DNA from: the human T2T-CHM13v2.0 reference genome, Homo sapiens
Length of the DNA: 64,000 bases
Assembly: GCF_009914755.1 (NCBI RefSeq)
Contig: NC_060931.1
Strand: one strand, 5' to 3'
Shown here: in pieces, positions 24,961 through 42,039 of the stretch
How the letters are laid out: each line of letters starts with the position of its first letter
Position numbering within the stretch: position 1 is the stretch's first letter
Position numbers and translations under genes: made by a program
Notes under the pieces: model-generated
What the model was told of the DNA's origin: nothing
The model's database searches: none
The model's input: only the letters and a program-made list of their open reading frames with translations

Positions 24961-27900
24961 GAGCTGGGCCCGGAGAGGACGCCGGGAGGCTGCAAGTGTG
25001 TCTGGAGAGGCTGACTTGAGGAGCTTCTGGGCCCGGAGAGGCCGCCGGAAGGGAAAAACTGGGCCTGGAAAGGCCGTTGTGAGGAATGAGCCCCATGGGC
25101 CTGAAGAGACCACTGGCAGGCGGGAGCTGGGCCTGCCGAAGCGGCCGAGAGGCAGGAGCTTTGGACTCGGGAGGCCGCAGTGAGGCGAGACCTAGCTGTT
25201 CGTGGAGAGTCCACTGTGAGGCAGAGACTGGGCCTGTGCAAGCCTTTGGGAGGCAGGAGGCCGAGCCTGGAGAGGCTGACTGGACGTCAAGTTCGGGGTC
25301 TGCAGAGGCCGCCGAAAGTCAAAAGCGGGGCCTGGGAAGGCCGCCGGGAGGCATGAGCTGGGCTGGGCCGAAAGAGGCCACTGGGAGACAGGAGGAGCTG
25401 GGCCTGTAGAGGCTGACTCGAGGAACTTTTGCAACTGGAGAGGCTGCCGAGGGGCCGGAGCTAGGCCTAGGGAGGCCGACTTTAGGATGACTTGGGCCTG
25501 CAGAGGCTGCCAGGAGGCAGGAATTGGCTCTGGACAGGCCGACTTGACAGTCTGGGCCTGCAGAGGCCGCCGGGAGGAAGAGCTCGGCCTGGAGAGGCCG
25601 ACTGGAGGAAGTCCAGGGCCTGGAGAGGATGCAAAGCAGCAAACGCTAGGCCTGGAAAGGCTGCCCTGAGGCACGGGCTTCGCCTACAGACGCCACTGGG
25701 AGGCAGGAGCTGGGCCCGCAGAGGCTCCCGACAGGGAGGAGCATTGCCCCAGGAGGCCACAGTTAGGAAGAGATGGGCCTGGAGAGCCCACTGTGAGGTA
25801 GAGTCCGGGCCTGTAGAGGCCACCGTCAGGCAGGGGCTGCGCCCGTTGAGGCCACAAGAGGCATGAGCTGGGCTTCAACAGGCCAGTGTGAGGCAGGAGG
25901 TGACAGTTGGGTAGGTTGCAAGAGGCATGAGTTGGGCCAAAAGAGACCACCGTGAGGGAGGAGCTGGGCCTGTACAAGCTGCCGAAAGGCAGTAACAGCT
26001 TTGGACTGGAGAGGCCACAGACAGGGAAGAGCTGGGCGTGGAGAGTCTGCTGTGAGGCAGAGGCTGGGCCTGTACATGCCCTCGGGAAGCAGGAGGCTGG
26101 GCCTGGAGAGGCCGACTTGAAGTTTTGCTCCTGCAGAGACCACTTAGAGGCAAGAGCTGGGTGTGGAGAGGCTGACTTGAGGTCGATTTTGGCGTGCAGA
26201 AGCCACCGGTAGCTAGGAGTTGGCCCTGGAGAGGCTGATTTGAGAACAATTTTGGCCTGTAGAGGCCACTGGAAAGGAGAGCTTGGCCTGGAGAGGCCAA
26301 CTAGAGTAAGTTCAGGGCTTGAAGAGTATGCACAAAAGGAAATGCTCAGCCTGGAAAGTGTGCTGTGAGGCATTAGCTTGGCCTACACAGCACTTGGAGG
26401 CAGGAGCTGGGCCTGCAGAGGGTGACTTCAGGACGATTTTGGCCTGCAGAAGCCTTTGGGAGGAAGAGCTTACCCTGGACTGGCTGACTGGAGGAAGTTT
26501 TGGGACGGGAGTATGCGTCAAAAAGCAAAAGTTAGGCTAGGAAAGGCCACTTCGCGGCACAATCTTGGCCTACAAAGGCAATTGCGAGGCAGGAGCTGGG
26601 CCTGTAGAGGCTGCTGAAAGGCAGGAGCTTGGCCTTAGGAGGCTATGCTCAGGCAAGTGGTGGGGCTGGAGGGTCTACTGTGTGGTAAGAGTCTGGGCCT
26701 GTGTAGGCCGACATGAGGCAGAAGCTGAGTTAGGAGAGGCCAACTTTTGGAGAATTTGGGCCTGCAGAGGCTGCCAGGAGGCAAGAGCTGTGCCTGGAGA
26801 GTCCGTCTTCTAGCATGAGCTGGGCCTAAAGAGACCATTGTGAGGCAGCAGCTGCCTGGGAGGCAGGCAGATTCGTGGCCTGGGGAGGCCACCGTGAGGC
26901 AAATGCTCAGTTTTCGGAGGATGCCGTGAGGCAGGGAGAAACTTGGCTTTCGGTGGCCGCAGTGAGGGAATAGTTTGATTGCTGAGGCTGCTGGGAGGCC
27001 GAAGGTGGGCCTGGAAAGCTTTACTTTAAGAAGTCTGTGGCCTACAGAGGCTGCCAGCAGCTCAGCAGGAGTTGGGCCAAAGGAGGTTGTTGTGAGGCAG
27101 GAGACGGGCCTGTAGACGCACCGGGAGGATGAGCTTGTCCTGGCGATGCCGAGTTAAGCACATTCTGGGCCTGGACAGGCTGCAAAAGGCAAAAGCTGTG
27201 CCTGGAAAAGTCGCCATGGGGCATGAGCTTGGCCTAAAGAGGCCATTGCAAGGCAGGGGCTGGGCCCGTAGAGGCTGCCGAAAGGCAGGAGCTCCGCCTG
27301 AGGATGCCACAGTGAGACACCATCTGGGTCTGGAGGGTCCACTGTGAGGCAGAGGCTGGCCTGTAGAGTCCAACAGTAGACAGAAGTTGAGCAAAAGGCT
27401 AATTTCAGGAAGTTTTGGGCTTCAAGAGTCAGCCAGGAGGCAGGCACTAGGCCTGGAAATGGCCCGACAGTCATGAGTTGGGCCTAAATGGGCCACTGTG
27501 AGGGAGGAGCTGTGCCTGTTGAGGCTGCTGGCAGGCAGGCAGAAACTTGGCCTGGGGCAGCTGCCATGAGACAAGAGCTGGGCCTGGAGAAGCCCCTGAG
27601 AGGTAAGAGCAGGGCCTGCAGAGGCTGTTCTCAAGTCAAAGCTGGGCCTGTTCATGCCACCGGGAAGCAGAAGGTGGGCCTGGAGAGTTTTACTTGAGGA
27701 AGTTTTGGGCCTACATTTGCTGCCGTGAGCTGGACAGGAACTGGGCCAAAAAAGGCTGTTGTGAGGCAGCTGTTATGAGGCAGCAGTTGTGCCTGTAGAC
27801 TCAGCCAAGAGGAAGAGTTGGGCCTGGAGAAGCCACCATGAGACAGAGGTTGGGCCTGTAGACACTGATAGGAGGCAGGAGCTGGGCCTGGAGAGGTCAA

Positions 27901-30036
27901 CTTGAGGAGATTTTGGGCCTTCATAGGCCACCAGGAGGCAGCAGTTGGGACTAGAGAGGCTGACTTGAGGAAGTTTTGGGCCTGGAGATGACGTCCTGGG
28001 ACAGGAGCTGGGCCTGGAGAGGCCACCGTGAGGCATGAGTTGGATGTAGAGAGGCCAGTGTGAGGCAAGACCTGGGCCTGTATAGGCTGCTGGGAGACAG
28101 GCAGGAATCTGGCCAGGGAAGGTTGCCATGAGACAAAAGTTGGGCCTGGAAAGGCCCTTGTGAGGCATCAGCTTGGCCTAAAGAGGCTACTGGGTGGCAG
28201 GAGCTGGGTGTGTAGAAGCTGCTGAAAGGTTGGGAGCTTGGCTTGGGGGGTCCACAGTGAGGCAGATACTGGGCCTGAAGAATCTGCTGTGAGGCAGATG
28301 TTGTGACTGTAGAGGCCGACGGGAGGCAGAGGCTGGGCCTGGAGAGGCCAAGATGCAGGAGCTGGGCCTGGAGAGGCTGCCAAGAAGCATGAACTGGGCC
28401 TAAACAGGCCAGTGTGAGGCAAGAGATCAGCCTGTAGAGAGGCCTACTTGAGGAAGATTTTGGCCTGGAGAGACTGTCAGAGGCAGGAGCTGGGCCTGTT
28501 GAGCCTGCTGGGAGGCAGGCAGGAACTTGGCCAGGGATGACCTCTGTGAGGCAAGAGCTGAGCCTAGAGAGGCCACTGTCTTTCAGGAGCTGGGCCTATT
28601 CAAGCTGCCGGGAGGCAGAAGGTTGTGCTGGAAAACTTGATGTGAGAAAGTTTTGGGCCTATAAAGGCTGCCAGGAGCTGGGTAGGAGCTGAGCCGAAAG
28701 AGGTTGTTGTGAGGTAGGAGGTGGGCCTGGAGATGCAGCCGGGAGGAAGAGCTGGGCCTGGAGAGGCCCACTTGAGGAAGTTCTGGGTCTGGAGATGCTG
28801 CCAAAAGGCAAAACCTGGGCCAGAATGGCCACTGTGAGGCATAAGCTTGCCCTAGAGAGGCCATTGAGGCAGGAGTGGGGCCTGTAGAGGCTGCTGAAAG
28901 GCAGGAGCTTGGCCTAGGGGGCTGCAGTGAGGCACATGCTGGGCTGGGAAAATCTGCTGTGAGGCAGACGTTGAGCCTGTAGAGGCTGACGGAAGGCACA
29001 AGTTGGGCCTGGAATGGCAGTCTTGAGAAAGTTCTCGGTCTAGAGAAGCTGCTGGGATGCAGGAGCTGTGCCTGGAGAGGCCGACTTGAGGAAGTTTCCG
29101 GCACGGAGAGCCTGTCGGGGGGCAGGAGCTGGGCCTGGAGAGGCCACCGTGAGGCGTGAGCTGGGCCTAATGAGATTAGTGTGAGGCAGGATCTGGGCCT
29201 GTTGAAGCTGCTGGGAGGCAGGCAGGACCTTGTTTGGGGAAGGCCTCTGTGAGGCAAAAGCTGGGCCTGGAGAGGCCATTGTCACGCAGGAGCTGGGCCT
29301 GTCCAGGCCATTGGGAGGCAGAAGGTGGGCCTGGAAAGCTTGACTTGAGGCAGTTTGGGGCCTACAAAGGCCAGTAGGAGCTGGGCAGGAGCTGAGCCAA
29401 AAGAGGTTGTTCTGAGGCAGGAGTTGGACCTCCAGACACAGTCAGAAGAAAGAGCACAGCCTGTAGAGGCCACCTGGGGGCAGCAGCTGGGCCTAGAGAT
29501 GCCAACGAAAGGCAGGAGCTGGGCCTTGAGAGGCTGACTTGCGGACATTTTGGCCCTGGATTTTGTGGCCTGGACTTGCGGACATTTGGCCCTCCTGCAA
29601 AGAGGCAGGAGCTGGGACTAAAGAGGCCATTGTAAGGCAGGAGCTGGGCCTGTACAGGCTGCCAGGAGTCAGAAGATGGGCCTCCAGAGGCCACTGTAAA
29701 ACAGGAGCTGGGTCTTGGAAGGTGGCCGTGAAGCAAAAGCTGGCCCTTGGGAGGCCAATGAGTGGCAGGAGCTGGGCCTGGTGAGGTCGACTTGAGAAAG
29801 TTCAGGGCCTGGAGAGAAGGCTGGGAGGCAGGAGCTGGGTCTAAAGAGGCCATTGTAACGATGGAGCTGTGCCTGTGGAGGCTGTTGTGAGGCAGTAGCC
29901 TCATCTGCGGAGACTGTCGTGAGGTATGGTATGGGCCTAAATAGGCCATTGTGAGTCATGAGCTTGGTCTGTAGCGGCTGAGTGGAGAAAGTTCTGGGCC
30001 TGAAGAGGCTGCTGGGAGGCAGGAGCTGGGCCAAAA
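24961..30036. repeat. Diverged monomeric layer of the same ~32-bp GAGGCAGGAGCTGGGCCTGGAGAGGCC satellite
   Basis: Same motif (gagctgggcct..agaggc) throughout, but without the 1.8-kb periodicity or the 48-bp VNTR, and with many CpG>TpG/CpA changes. Ends abruptly at GAGCTGGGCCAAAA (~30036). Confidence 0.9.
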
Positions 30037-30039
30037 GAG

Positions 30040-30450
30040 CCAAGCACATTACATTTATTAGGTACTTTATTTCCCCTATTATGTTGTAAGATATAATGAA
30101 ATTATAGAATTCACCATAATGTAGAATCAGTGGCCGTGTTAAGCCTGTTTTCCTGCGACTAGATGGTCCCATCCTCTCAGTGTGATGGGAGAAAGTGACA
30201 GATCATCAGGCATTAGATTCTCACAGGGACAGCGCAACCTAGATCCCTCACATGCACAGTTCACAAATAGGGTGTGAGCTCCTATGAGAATCTAATGCTG
30301 CTGCTGATCTGAGAGGAGGAGGAGCTCAGGCAGGAATGTGAGCAAAGGGGAGTGGCTGTACATACAGATGAAGCTTCCCTCACTCGACACCACTCACCTC
30401 CTGCTGTGTGGCTCCTTACAGCTCCATGGCTCAGGGGTTGGGGACCCCTG
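30040..30450 (-). mobile_element. MER1A (hAT-Charlie DNA transposon), truncated on the satellite side
   Basis: CACATTACATTTATT...CACCATAATGTAGAATCAGTGG...GGCATTAGATTCTC...GAGAATCTAATGC, ending in the TIR GGGGTTGGGGACCCCTG followed by the TSD half CTCAAGTG. Confidence 0.88.
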
Positions 30451-30868
30451 CTCAAGTGCATCCAAAAGGACCCTTCCCACAGCAGTCTTCATAGTGGTCA
30501 AGTGCAGCAACCACTTAACTCCCAAGGCATGTGCCACAGCTGGCATTTCATCACAATCAACAGTAAGTGGTAGCTTGAGTCACTGTGAGGTCACTTCCTG
30601 GAAATCACCAGCATTCCATTTCCCATTGGCAAGGAGCTCAGCACTGCCCCTTGGATAACCAAACCTATGCCCAAATCCCATCTGTGTGGGTTTATCTCCT
30701 GGGACCCTTCCTAGCATATTAGAGTCCAATCAGGAGACATAAACCATTCAAAGGTTTAAAGTGGTAAAATTTAACACAGAGAATTATTCATTATAACAGG
30801 GGAACAGCATAATGAGAGATTGGCTAGCACAAAGTAAAGAGAACTCTGGAAAATAAAAGACTAGCACA

Positions 30869-31177
30869 GGCCAGACATCATGGCTCATGCCTGAAATTCC
30901 AGCAATTTCAGAAGCCAACGCAGGAGGATTGCTTGAGGCCAGGAGCTAGAGACCGGCCTGGACAGCACAGCAAGACCCTGTCTCTAACCAAAAAAAGAAA
31001 AAAATTAGCTGGGAGTGCTGGTGCACACTTGCAGTCCCAGCTACTTGGGAAGCTGACATGGGAGGGTAGTTTGAGCATGGGAGGTCAAGGCTGCAGTGAG
31101 TCATGATTATGCCATTACAGTCATCAAGCCTGGGTGACAGAGCAAGACCCTGTCTCAAAGAACAAAACAACAACAAC
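30869..31177 (+). mobile_element. Alu (AluJ-like)
   Basis: Dimeric Alu GGCCAGACATCATGGCTCATGCC...GAGGTCAAGGCTGCAGTGAG...CTGTCTCAAAG with an (AAC)n tail. Confidence 0.9.
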
Positions 31178-31748
31178 CATTTACAGACAGAAAAGAAATA
31201 GAGCTAATAAGCTAAGGAAAGATGTTAAAATGTGACAAAGTAACATGAGGTCTTTTATCTATTTAAAATAATGAAAAAAACTTATTAAATTATAATACCC
31301 TGTGCTGGCAGAGGTGCAGTGAAATGGACACTTTCTTATACTATGAGGAGTGTTTAAGTAGTACATAGCCTTCCAGGGTAAAGCTTGGCAATTTTTTAAA
31401 ATAATAGAGACAGGGTCTCACCTTACTGCCTCCTCCAACTCTTGGCCTCAAGCAATCGTCCTGTCTTAGCCTCCAAAGGGCTGGGATTATAGCTGGGAGG
31501 CACCCAAAACCTAGTCACTTTACATCAAGGGCAATGAGAATGTCCATTCACCATTACTCACAGTAATCTTACTTCTGGAAATACCTTGGGGAGACAATTC
31601 AATCTAAACAAAAGGTCAACTGTACAAACACAGTGAAAATCTAGGAGTAATTGAAGACAGAGTAGTTAAATGGAATAAACAGTTATAAGAAATTAAACTA
31701 TGATATTTATAGGCACCTGGTAAAAGGTCACTTCATGTTAGCTGCTAC

Positions 31749-32037
31749 TTTTTTGAGACAGGGTGTCACTCTGTCACCCAGACTGGAGTGCAGAGGCCTG
31801 ATCATGACTCACTGCAGTCTCAGCTTCCCTGGGCTCAAGTGATCTTCCCACCTCAGCCTCCCAAGTAGCTGGGACTACAGGACACATCACCACACTAGGC
31901 TAATTCATGTATTTTTCTGTAGAGATGGTGACTCCCTTTCTTTCCGAGACCTGTCTCAAACTCTTGACCTCAAGCCATCCTCCTGCCTCAGCCTCCCAAA
32001 GTATTGTGATTAATGGTGTGAGCCACCACACTTGGCC
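31749..32037 (-). mobile_element. Alu (AluJ-like)
   Basis: TTTTGAGACAGGG...GTGAGCCACCACACTTGGCC, flanked by similar GCTACTTT repeats. Confidence 0.88.
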
Positions 32038-32157
32038 AGTTGCTACTTTTATCAATATTATTATTCCACTCTATTAAAAATTATTTGTCATTACAAATTA
32101 TTATTTTAAAGGCTATGGGACAATATGTGTCCCACAGCATAATTGTAAAACCGCATA

Positions 32158-32960
<803 letters not shown>

Positions 32961-33004
32961 TCATCCCACAGCCTTTAGACATTTTTTATTTTTTTAGAAA
33001 ATTG

Positions 33005-33310
33005 AACAAGTGCTTGTTGTCGTGGCTCATACCTCTAGGATGGGAGGCAGGGGTAGAAGGGTCACCTGAGGCCAGGAGTTTGACAACAGCCTGGCCAATA
33101 AAGTGAGACCCCATGTCTACAAAACAATTTAAAAATTAGCCAGGTGTCATCATGTATACCTACAGTCCCAGCTACTCAGGAGGCTGAGGCAGGAGGATCC
33201 TTAGCCCAGGAGTTCAAAGCTGCAGCAAGCTGTGATGGCACCACTGTACTCCAGCCTGGGTGACAGGGTGAGACCCCATCTCCTAAAAGAAAAAAGAAAG
33301 AAAGAAAATA
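33005..33310 (+). mobile_element. Alu (AluJ-like)
   Basis: GTGGCTCATACC...GAGGCCAGGAGTTTGA...CCAGCCTGGGTGACAG plus an A-rich tail. Confidence 0.85.
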
Positions 33311-33355
33311 GATTAAGTAGCAAGTTGTATGTGGCTTACTTGGAATATTTCTAAA

Positions 33356-33582
33356 CTAGAAGTTCTCAATCTTTCGGGGTCTAGCATCCTTTTACATTTT
33401 TTAACTTTATTGAAGATCTCTTAAGACTTTTTCTTTACATAAATATATTAAAATTAGAAAATGACTAAATTTTAAAAATATTATCACATATTAATAAAAC
33501 CATTACATGTTGATATAATACAAGTTTTTAAAAATATTTATTATACATTACATATTAATAATAAAATCATTACATGTTAATA
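33356..33582. mobile_element. Charlie1-like hAT transposon end fragment
   Basis: GTTCTCAATCTTT...TTTACA...TTATTGAAGA...TAATAAAACCATTACATGTT resembles the Charlie1 terminus (recalled). Confidence 0.45.
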
Positions 33583-33583
33583 C

Positions 33584-33875
33584 TTTTTTTTTTTTTGGAG
33601 ATGGAGTCTCGCTCTTTCACCCAGGCTGGAGTGAAGTGGCGCGATCTCGGCTCACTGCAACCTCCGCCCCCAGGCTCAAGTGATTCTCCTGCCTCTGCCT
33701 CTCAAGTAGCTGGGCAGGTGCCCACCACCATGCCCGGCTAATTTTTGTGTTTTTTTTAGTAGAAACGGGGTTTCACCATGTTGGCCAGGCTGGTCTCGAA
33801 CTCTTGACCTCAGGTGATCCATCCCCTTGGGTCTCTCAAAGTGCCGGGATTACAGGCATGAACGACTGCACCCAC
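33584..33875 (-). mobile_element. Alu (AluS-like)
   Basis: poly-T then GAGATGGAGTCTCGCTCT...GACCTCAGGTGATCC. Confidence 0.9.
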
Positions 33876-34569
33876 CCCAATTAATACATTTTTTAAAAAC
33901 ACTATGATTAGTCAGGCAACAACACTGGGCAGGGGTCTCCTCATTCCCAGAGACAAACCCCACTGCACAGCTCCGGGGTTGCAAGGGCTGCAGAGACAAA
34001 AGGCTCTAACTTGAGATTTCATTATTTTATTTGTATTTCTATTTGTACTGTGAGACAGGTCATGCTCTGTCACCTAGACTGGAGTGCAGTTGTGTACTTA
34101 GAGCTCACTGCAGCCACAATCTCCTGGGCTCAAGCCATCTTTCTGTCTCAGCTCCCCAGTAGCTGGTACTACAGTTGAGTGCCACCATATCTGGCTATTT
34201 TTTAAATTTTTTGTAGAGTGAGGGGTCTTGCTATATTGCCCAAGCTGGCCTCAAACTCCTGACCTCAAGAGATCTGCCCACCTCAGCCTCCTGAGTAGCT
34301 GGGACTACAAGTATACATCACCATGCCTACCTGCATTTATTTTATTAAATTTTGAAAAACATTTTTGTAGAGAGGAGGTCTTGCTATGTTGCCCACACTG
34401 GTCTTGAACTCCTGTCCTTAAAAGATACTCCCATCTCTGCTTCCCAAACAGCTGGGACTACAGGCATGAGCCACTGCACTGAAAATGAAGAGATTTCTTT
34501 AATCTAGCATCCCATACTTGGTAGGATTGAGAAAGGCAGTAGTGTTTTTTTAAAATTACTTAATAATTC

Positions 34570-35580
<1,011 letters not shown>

Positions 35581-35666
35581 TAATGCTATCCCTCCACCCT
35601 CCCCCCACCCCACAACAGTCCCCAGAGTGTGATGTTCCCCTTCCTGTGTTCATGTGTTCTCATTGT

Positions 35667-39458
<3,792 letters not shown>

Positions 39459-39521
39459 TATGATGTTAGCTGGTTATTTTGCTCGTTAGTTGATGCAGTT
39501 TCTTCCTAGCCTCGATGGTCT

Positions 39522-40532
39522 TTACAATTTGGCATGATTTTGCAGTGGCTGGTACTGGTTGTTCCTTTCCATGTTTAGTGCTTCCTTCAGGAGCTCTTTT
39601 AGGGCAGGCCTGGTGGTGACAAAATCTCTCAGCATTTGCTTGTCTGTAAAGGATTTTATTTCTCCTTCACTTATGAAGCTTAGTTTGGCTGGATATGAAA
39701 TTCTGGGTTGAAAATTCTTTTCTTTAAAAATGTTGAATATTGGCCCCCACTCTCTTCTGGTTTGTAGAGTTTCTGCCGAGAGATCCACTGTTAGTCTGAT
39801 GGGCTTCCCTTTGTGGGTAACCCGACCTTTCTCTCTAGCTGCCATTAACATTTTTTCCTTCATTTCAACTTTGGTGAATGTGACAATTATGTGTCTTGGA
39901 GTTGCTCTTCTCGAGGAGTATCTTTGTGGCGTTCTCTGTATTTCCTGAATCTGAATGTTGGCCTGCCTTGCTAGATTGGGGAAGTTCTCCTGGATAATAT
40001 CCTGCAGAGTGTTTTCCAACTTGGTTCCATTCTCCCTGTCACTTTCAGGTACACCAATCAGACGTAGATTTGGTCTTTTCACATAGTCCCATATTTCTTG
40101 GAGGCTTTGTTCATTTATTTTTATTCTTTTTTCTCTAAACTTCCCTTCTCGCTTCATTTCATTCATTTCATCTTCCATCACTGATACCCTTTCTTCCAGT
40201 TGATCGCATCGGCTCCTAAGGCTTCTGCATTCTTCACGTAGTTCTCGAGCCTTGGCTTTCAGCTCCATCAGCTCCTTTAAGCACTTCTCTGTATTGGTTA
40301 TTCTAGTTATACATTCTTCTAAACTTTTTTCAAAGTTTTTAACTTCTTTGCCTTTGGTTTGAATTTCCTCCTGTAGCTCAGAGTAGTTTGATCATCTGAA
40401 GCCTTCTTCTCTCAACTCGTCATTCTCCAACCAGCTTTGTTCCATTGCTGGTGAGGAACTGCGTTCCTTTGGAGGAGGAGACGTGCTCCGCTTTTTAGAG
40501 TTTCCAGTTTTTCTGCTCTGTTTTTTCCCCAT
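39522..40532 (-). pseudogene. L1 ORF1, disrupted by an early CGA>TGA stop (~40393) and a 6-bp deletion
   Basis: ATG GGG AAA AAA CAG at 40532. The C-terminal 248 aa (EIWDYVKRPNLRL...YPAKLS...HAKL) are open at 39522-40268. Confidence 0.9.
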
Positions 40533-41115
40533 CTTTGTGGTTTTATCTACTTTTGGTCTTTGATGATGGTGATGTACAGATGGGTTTTTGGTGTGGATGT
40601 CCTTTCTGTTTGTCAGTTTTCCTTCTAACAGACAGGACCCTCAGTTGCAGGTCTGTTGGAGGTTGCTAGAGGTCCACTCCAGACCCTGTTTGCCTGGGTA
40701 TCAGCAGCGGTGGCTGCAGAACAGTGGATTTTTGTGAACCGCGAATGCTGCTGTCTGATCGTTCCTCTGGAAGTTTTGTCTCAGATGAGTACCCGGCCGT
40801 GTGAGGTGTCAGTCTGCCCCTACTGGGGGGTTCCTCCCAGTTAGGCTGCTCAGGGGTCAGGGGTCAGGGACCCACTTGAGGAGGCAGTCTGCCCGTTCTC
40901 AGATCTCCAGCTGCATGCTGGGAGAACCACTGCTCTCTTCAAAGCTGTCAGACAGGGACATTTAAGTCTGCAGAGGTTACTGCTGTCTTTTTGTTTGTCT
41001 GTGCCCTACCCCCAGAGGTGGAGCCTACAGAGGCAGGCAGGCCTCCTTGAGCTGTGGTGGGCTCCACCCACTTCCAGCTTCCCTGCTGCTTTGTTTACCT
41101 AAGCAAGCCTGGGCA

Positions 41116-41298
41116 ATGGCGGGCGCCCCTCCCCCAGCATCGCTGCCACCTTGCAGTTTGATCTCAGACTGCTGTGCTAGCAGTCAGCGAGACTCTGTGG
41201 GCGTAGGACCCTCCAAGCCATGTGCGGGATATAATCTCCTGGTGCGCCGTTTTTTAAGCCCATCAGAAAAGCGCAGTATTAGGGTGGGAGTGACCTGA
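41116..41298 (+). pseudogene. L1 antisense ORF0, truncated at 60 aa
   Basis: MAGAPPPASLPPCSLISDCCASSQRDSVGVGPS...IRVGVT* matches primate L1 ORF0, with a stop where the consensus continues RFSRC. Confidence 0.85.
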
Positions 41299-41581
41299 TT
41301 TTCCAGGTGCCGTCTGTCACCCCTTTCTTTGACTAGGAAAGGGAACTCCCTGACCCCTTGTGCTTCCTGAGTGAGGCAATGCCTTGCCCTGCTTTGGCTC
41401 GTGCACGGTGCACTGCACCCACTGTCCTGCGCCCACTGTCTGGCATTCCCTAGTGAGATGAACCTGGTACCTCAGATGGAAATGCAGAAATCACCTGTCT
41501 TCTGCGTCGCTCATGCTGGGAGATGTAGACCGGAGCTGTTCGTATTCGGCCATCTTGGCTGCCAGACCTATTTTATTTTTT

Positions 41582-41959
<378 letters not shown>

Positions 41960-42039
41960 TAAATTCCTGAAGTGCTGGGATTGCTGGCATTAGCCACCAT
42001 GACTGGCTTCATGTTCTTCTTCCTGCTGCAACAGTTTGC

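Noticed and set aside
26-30172. Many 60-380 aa ORFs in the satellite as a tandem protein-coding gene family
   Set aside because: They overlap in several frames on both strands, are low-complexity and often lack an ATG start. Units 10 and 12 carry frame-changing indels. High GC content explains the lack of stops.
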